Shown here: positions 55,101-62,100 of the stretch, piece by piece | How positions within the stretch are numbered: the stretch's first letter is position 1 | Layout of the letters: each line of letters begins with the position of its first letter | Assembly: GCA_951406725.2 (NCBI GenBank) | Contig: OX597816.1 | Location: 8,308,001 to 8,372,000, forward strand | Reading direction: 5' to 3' | Origin: Octopus vulgaris | Lineage: Eukaryota | Length of the DNA stretch: 64,000 nt | The notes under the pieces: generated by a model | Seen by the model: the letters and a program-made list of their open reading frames with translations, nothing else | The model's database searches: none | Told to the model about the DNA's origin: nothing | Program-made: the position numbers and the translations under genes

Positions 55101-58100
55101 GGTTGGCCCGAGGCTATAGTAGAAGACACTTGCCCAAGATGCCACACAGTGGGACTGAACCCAGAACCATGTGGCTGGTAAGCAATCTACTTACCACACA
55201 ACCACTCCTGCACCTATTGAAATTGTATCACAAGTATAGACTCCATTTTAGGCTTAAATGTAGCCCACATTGAAGTAATGACTACACATGTGGGACAATG
55301 CAGTTTCTTACGTAAGCTTCCTTTTTTTTTTTCTTTCTACAGAATAGCAAAGACGTGAAAACAGTGGAACGGAAGTTATGTTTGATTCCAAGTGGGAAGA
55401 CTGCAAGCATTGAATTGAGTTACGATTTGTACAATGAAGACGGCACTGTGGAGAAGACAGTACGCATCAAAAACTCTCAGGAAGTAGTTGCTGTTGCAGG
55501 CGAATACATGCAGGGTTTAAGTAAGTATTACCAAGGGTCTGCAATGGATTTCTTAAACTTTACTTAATTAGCATTTCAGCAAGTTTAACCCTTTAGTGTT
55601 TAAACCGGCCATATCCAGCCCAAATATTCTACATGTTTTATATTCAAACTGGCAATATCTAGCCCCTTACACCTAACCTACATTGACATTCTAAAAATAA
55701 ACAATCATATCATTGAAACCTCAAAACTATAAGATAATGCATGATTAATTCAAAACAATTTGAGTGGAAAAGTATTACATTTAACAGAGTAATCTGAACA
55801 CTAAAGGGTTAAAATCAACTTTTTATTATTTCAGGAAAACAGTTATTTTGAATATTTTTATACAATGTGCTAAGTTGTAATGAAGATGGTTGAGGTACAG
55901 GATTCCATAGATGTATTTGTCTTCATTTTCAATCATTTCAAAACATCTCATCATCATCATCATCATCATCATCGTTTAACGTCCGCTTTCCATGCTAGCA
56001 TGGGTTGGACGGTTCAACTGGGGTCTGGCAAGCCCGAAGGCTGCACCAGGCCAGTCAGATCTGGCAGTGTTTCTGGACAGCTGGATGCCCTTGCCAGACG
56101 AGGCTGGCAGACGGCCACGCCAACCACGGATGGTGTTTTATGTGCCACCGACACAGAGTGGCAGACGGCCACGTCGGATGGTGTTTTATGTGCCACCGAC
56201 ACAGGTGCCAGACGAGGCTGGCAGACGGCCACGCTCGGATGGTGTTTTATGTGTCACCGACACAGGTGCCAGACGAGGCTGGCAGACGGCCACGCTCGGA
56301 TGGTGTTTTTTATGTGCCACCGACACAGGTGCCAGACGAGGCTGGCTGATGGCCACGCTCGGATGGTGTTTTCTTATGTGTCACCGACACAGGTGCCAGA
56401 CGGGGCTGGCGGACGGCCACGCTCGGATGGTGTTTGTTACGTGCCCTCAGCACGGAGGCCAGTCATTGCGGTACTGGCTACGATCATCGTCGTTTAACGT
56501 CTGCTTTCCATGCTAGCATGGGTTGAACGATTTGACTGAGGTCTGGCGAGCCAGATGGCTGCACCAGGCTCCATCTTGATCTGGCAATGTTTCTACAGCT
56601 GGATGTCCTTCCTTATGCCAACCACTCTGAGAGTGTAGTGGGTGCTTTTACGTGCCACCGGCACAAGGGCCAGTTAGGTGGTACTGGCAACGGCCGCGCT
56701 CAAATGGTGCTTTTTATGTGCCACCGGCACAAGGGCCAGTTAGGTGGAACTGGCAACGGCCATGCTCAAATGGTGCTTTTTATGTGCCACCAGTACAGGA
56801 GCCAGTCCAGCGGCACTGGCAACAACCTCACTCAAATGTTTTTGTCACGTGCCACCAGCACAAGTGCTAGTAAGGTGACACCGGTAACAGTCATGCTCAA
56901 ATGGCGTGCTTAAAGTGCCATTGGCACAAAGGCGAGCTTGTTGCTCTGGCAACGATCTCACTCGTATGGTACTCTTAGCGCTCCACTAGCAACGGATGCC
57001 AGTCACCGAGTTTGATTTCAATACAAAATATATCATCATCATTTGTTGTCTGTTTCTCATGCTGGCATGGGTTGAATAGTTTGGCAGGCTGGAGGACTGT
57101 TCCAGGCCCCATTTGTCTGTTTTGGCATGGTTTCTGTGGCTGGGTGCCCTTCATAATGCCAACCACTTTACAGTGTACTGGGTGCTTTTTACATGAAGCC
57201 AGCACAGAAGTTTCTTTATGTGACACCAGTACAAGTGCTCTATTAAAACAAATAGAATAAGAAAGAAGACACTAGAATGTTGCCTACAAACTCTAATGAT
57301 TTAATAGTGATGAATAAAGAGCAAGATTCGGATGTTAGGTATAATTGTTTGTAAAGTTGTAGTTCTATTAGACTTTTGTGTCTGGGGAGAGTCATTTTCT
57401 TTTTGTGCTTTATAATTTAACACACTCACCGGTAAAATTTCCACTTTTTTCTTATTTTTATTTTCCTAAAATTTTCATTGCGTCTTGCAACCTTTTCAAT
57501 AGTTTTGACTCTTTGGAAATTTTACTGGTGAGTGTGTTACATTATAAGGCACAAAAAGACAATGACTCTCCCCAGACACAACAGAATATACTTCAACACA
57601 CGAACTCATATAAAGAATCTTGCAAACCAAATCCAAAAACAAAATCTATTAGACTTATAATCTGGAACTGAATCAGTTGAAAAGTTATTCTGTGGCCAGT
57701 TTCCATTTACGAGAGGTGGGGGAATCATACTGTCAAAAAATTTAATCTTCTCAGGCCTGAACCCCTGTCTCCTAACTTTACCCTCCACCTTTGCAAAAAA
57801 AAAAAAATAGTTGCATATTCAATTCAAGAGTAACGATTGCAGACAAACTAATGGACAGAATCGGTTGCGTCTTCTTTTTTGTATGTCTGTTGCTTATTAC
57901 CACTTTACTGGGAATCCGACAGAGACGGTGTTTCATTTTTGGATTTGGTTTGCAAGATTCTTTATGTAAGTTCGTTTGTTGAAGCATGTTCTGTTGTGTC
58001 TGGGGAGAGTCATTTTCTTTTTGTGCCTTATATTGTAACACATTCACCGGTAAAATTTCCACTTATGTCTGGCAACCTTTTCAATAGTCTTGACTTGCAA

Positions 58101-59095
58101 GACGCAACAAAAATTTTAGGAAAATAAAAATAAGAAATAAGTGGAAATTTTGCCGGTGAGTGTGTTACAATATAAGGCACAAAGAGAAAATGACTCTCCC
58201 CAGACACAACAGAGATGGTGTTTAACCTATTCCTCCTGTAGTGGGAATACAGCATGACAGGGTAAAATTGGCTTCATGGGGACATAGATGGCTTACTTGA
58301 CAATAAGTTGTTTCGTGTTTGATAAGTCGGTTGTTGTTTTTCATAAGAGTTATTTGAGGTGGAAGTCCTATGAGACTTTACATGTGTTGTTGTTGTTCAC
58401 TAAGCAATCGACAGTTGAGGGGAGGGATCAGTACCCTTTAATTCTTAACAGTTGTTTTTTTTGGGGTTTTTTTCTCCTTGTCTCTAGCTAGGTACTAGAT
58501 GGTGGTAAGTTCATTTCCTCTGTTAGGAAAAGCTACCTGTGATAATGGGGTAATATTTACTTAACTTTAAGTTATAGCAACCAGTGCGAATAGCTGGCCT
58601 TGTGGGATCTTTGAGGTTTGAGAAGTATAAGCTTTTCTTCTTTAGCACCCATAATTCTCTTTGTTTGATAAATTTTATCTGTTTCTCAGCTTTATGTAGA
58701 TATTCCTTTTCGTTTCAGCATTCTTACTTCTTGATGAAGCTGGTCGAGAAATCAAGATGGATGAAAAGATTTCCGCCAAGATAAAGGTATGTTGCTTATG
58801 TCATGCCATTCAGTGATATCCCCATTGTCAGGTTGGTAAAGCTGGTCTTCTTTCATCTTTCAAACATAATCAATTCATTTTCTGTATTGTCAGGTAAACT
58901 GGACCCCTAAAATGAATAAAGAACTTCTACTTCAAAACAAATTGCCTGATATCAAAATTCCAACTTCAATTTCTGACCAAAAGTATTGCCATGTTAGTAT
59001 TCTGGACGGATCGGACACTCACTTTAGTTTCACAATAAAGTAAGTTGGATTTCCTCTTTATTTTTCCTACATGTGCGTCTCTCTCTCTCTCACTA

Positions 59096-59138
<43 letters not shown>

Positions 59139-62100
59139 AATTGGACATGGGTGATCGTTGTATTCTTTCTTGTCTTGAGGTTCACACCCAAACGGCTGGG
59201 TGGATTCGCGTGGAAAATGGCACACATGTGGAGACGGGTGCATAGATTGGAATGCAGTTTGTATTTTTTTCCTAACCCCCATACTTATTGAGAAAATCGA
59301 TCTGAAGCTGTTTTCTGACAGTGGGGGTGGTGGAAATTTTCATACAGCTGGAGGTTCCAATCAAAACAGGGGACCCGAAATGATAAGGTTGAGAAATGCT
59401 GTTATAGATTATACCTAACCGAAAACAATCATACCCACATCATCCAAACAGACCGAGTGAAACCAGGCTTAGCTGCTAGTATATATATATATATATATAT
59501 ATATATAAGTAGGTGAATGAATTATCCTATGTTTATCGTCAGCATCCCTTTCTTTCCTGTTGAGAAGATTGCATAATGTACCCTTTATTCCTTTGGAATG
59601 AAAACATGCTATCTTCGAAACATATGTCGAGAGTAAAGGAATTTTGTTAACATCTTCGTTCGACTCCATTCTTTCATTTATATGTGTGTGTGTGTGTGTG
59701 TGTGTGTAGAACTTTCTTTCTTATTCTCTCTTTTTCTCTTGCTTGTCTGTTTATTACATTCTATTAAACTTCCTGTCATGATTTAACTTTCTCAATGTGC
59801 AGGGCCAAAGCAGGAGAACCTTCTCAGATGAGGTGCAAGGTAAAAGGGAGTTGCAGTTTACGTATTAAGGAGCAAATGGAAAGTGAGATTCAAGTCAGCA
59901 TCAGAGATAAAAATGGCAATGAAATAACAGATGTAAGTTAATCAATTTAATCCCTTTTTTAAAAATTTTTATAAAGTCGTATTTACTTTCACACATTTTC
60001 CTTTCTTTAAATTGTCGTTATATTGTTTGTGTAATGACAAGTCTTTGAATTCCTTATATAATAAGCCTCATGTTTGATGTTTGTATATAAGACTAGTTGT
60101 CTCCTAATCTACCAGAATATCCAGGAAGTCTTTGCCTTAATTGGGTTTCAGAAAAACATCCAAGGTGGGCAGTTGTATGATGTCTGACAAATGATCCACC
60201 ACTTTACTAGCATTGAAAAATTGGTGACCCAACCATTTCTGTTTAATACTTGTCATAAATGAGGCCTTTGAGGAATGAAAAATGCAGCCAAATTACCATG
60301 TTTTATAAAATTAAGGTAGTTTTAGACATGGAGCTGGCTAGCAGGAAGCTGTCCAGACATTATGTCATGCTTGAGAAGAAGACCCATCAACCTGAGCAAA
60401 ACTTGCAGTTGTGGCAGATACTGGTGTCATGCAAATGGCACCTGTGCCAGTGGAACATAGAGGCACCCATTACACTCTCAGTGTGGTTGGCGTTAGGAAG
60501 GGCATCCAGCTGTGGAAAACCATACCAAATCAGACTAGAGTCTGGGGCAGCCTTCCAGCTTACCATTCCTGGTCAAACCAGCCAACCCATGCCAGCATGT
60601 ACAACAGATGTTATAAATGATGATGATGATGAGGAGATATAAAGTTTTTACACAAGAGTTTCTTTCGTCTTCTCTCAAGATATGAAATAAATCTTTATTT
60701 TCTCCTCTTCAGTTCCAAGCTTCAGAACTACAAGAGCTGAACATTAGTGCTGATGGCTTAATGACTGACAAAATCCAGAAGTATAAAGGTCAGGTAAGTA
60801 ATTATGACAAACAAAAAAACTTTTATAGAAATTAAATTCGCTTTTTTTTTTTTGTGTGTGTGTGTATTCGTTTGTCCTTGTTAGAATTTCATAAATATAT
60901 ATTTGGATTGTTGAAGCAAATATTTTAATGACCTGGAAATTGGAACAGATTGGTAAAGTTGCAAAATTGTTTCAAGATTTTCACCTGCAAAAAAAAATGT
61001 CACTTATTTAACCTTTTAGCATTTAAACCAACCCAAAAATTCTACCCACTTTATATTCCATCTAGCCAGACCTGGTCTCTCACACCTGTTCTACAATGTC
61101 ATTCTTAAACTAGGCAATCACATCACCAAAATCTCAAAGCTTCATGGTAATACCTGATTAATTCAAAACAATGTGAATACCGTAAATCCTCGAGTACAGT
61201 CCACCCTTGAGTATAATACGCAGGGGTTTTTTAGGGGGCTGTACCTCTGAAAAACTTAAACCTCTTGTATAATACGCACCCCTCTTCTAACTTGAGTCAA
61301 GGAGGTCTATGTAACATCCTTGGTTTGTAAAACTATATGGTAACGTCCTTTATTATTATTGTATGTATAACATAATGCAAACGTGTAGCTATTTTGTGCA
61401 TTTTGTTTGCAGAAAATAAAGAAATAACAGTATTAATGTTTTGTAAATGTTGCTTATAGCAAGTTATGGATGATTCTTTTATGACTTCATTGCTTTCAGG
61501 CTTAGCTTAAGGTATTTTCGCACCCGACATCACAAAATGTGTCTGAATAAACATTGCCGGACAGCAAATAGAGACTCAGACATTGCTTAGAAAATATTTT
61601 TAATTTTTAACCTCGTATATAGTATGCACTAGGGATTTTGACCTTTAAATTTTGGGGGGAAAATGCGGATTATACTCGAGGATTTATGGTAGATAAGAAT
61701 AATCTGAAGCTAAAGGATTACAATATTCAGTGATGCACATTATATAAATATTAGGAATTAACCTAAGATTATTGTGACAATTTAAAATGTAATTACTCAT
61801 GCCACGTAAAAAGCACTGGTGTTGGTGCCTCATAAGAAGCACCCAATACACTCTGCAAAGTGGTTGTCATTAGGAAGGGCATCAAACTGTAGAAACCAAG
61901 CCAAAAATAGATCTTGGAACTTGGTGTGGCCCCTATCCAACCCATGCCAGTCTGAAGATCTGATGTTAAACGATGATGATTGAATATGATGTTCACCCTG
62001 TTTCAATTCTCAGTTTCCTCTGGTTCTGTTTCAGCAATGTGCCTTCTGTGTAAAAGGCATCCAGTTAGAGGATGTTCACACTGGTTCCAAAGAGTTGATG

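Noticed and set aside
56093-56455. CRISPR-like array of palindromic repeats (also 36130-36445)
   Set aside because: Units are contiguous tandem repeats without unique spacers, embedded in a LINE 3'UTR in eukaryotic DNA; no cas genes.
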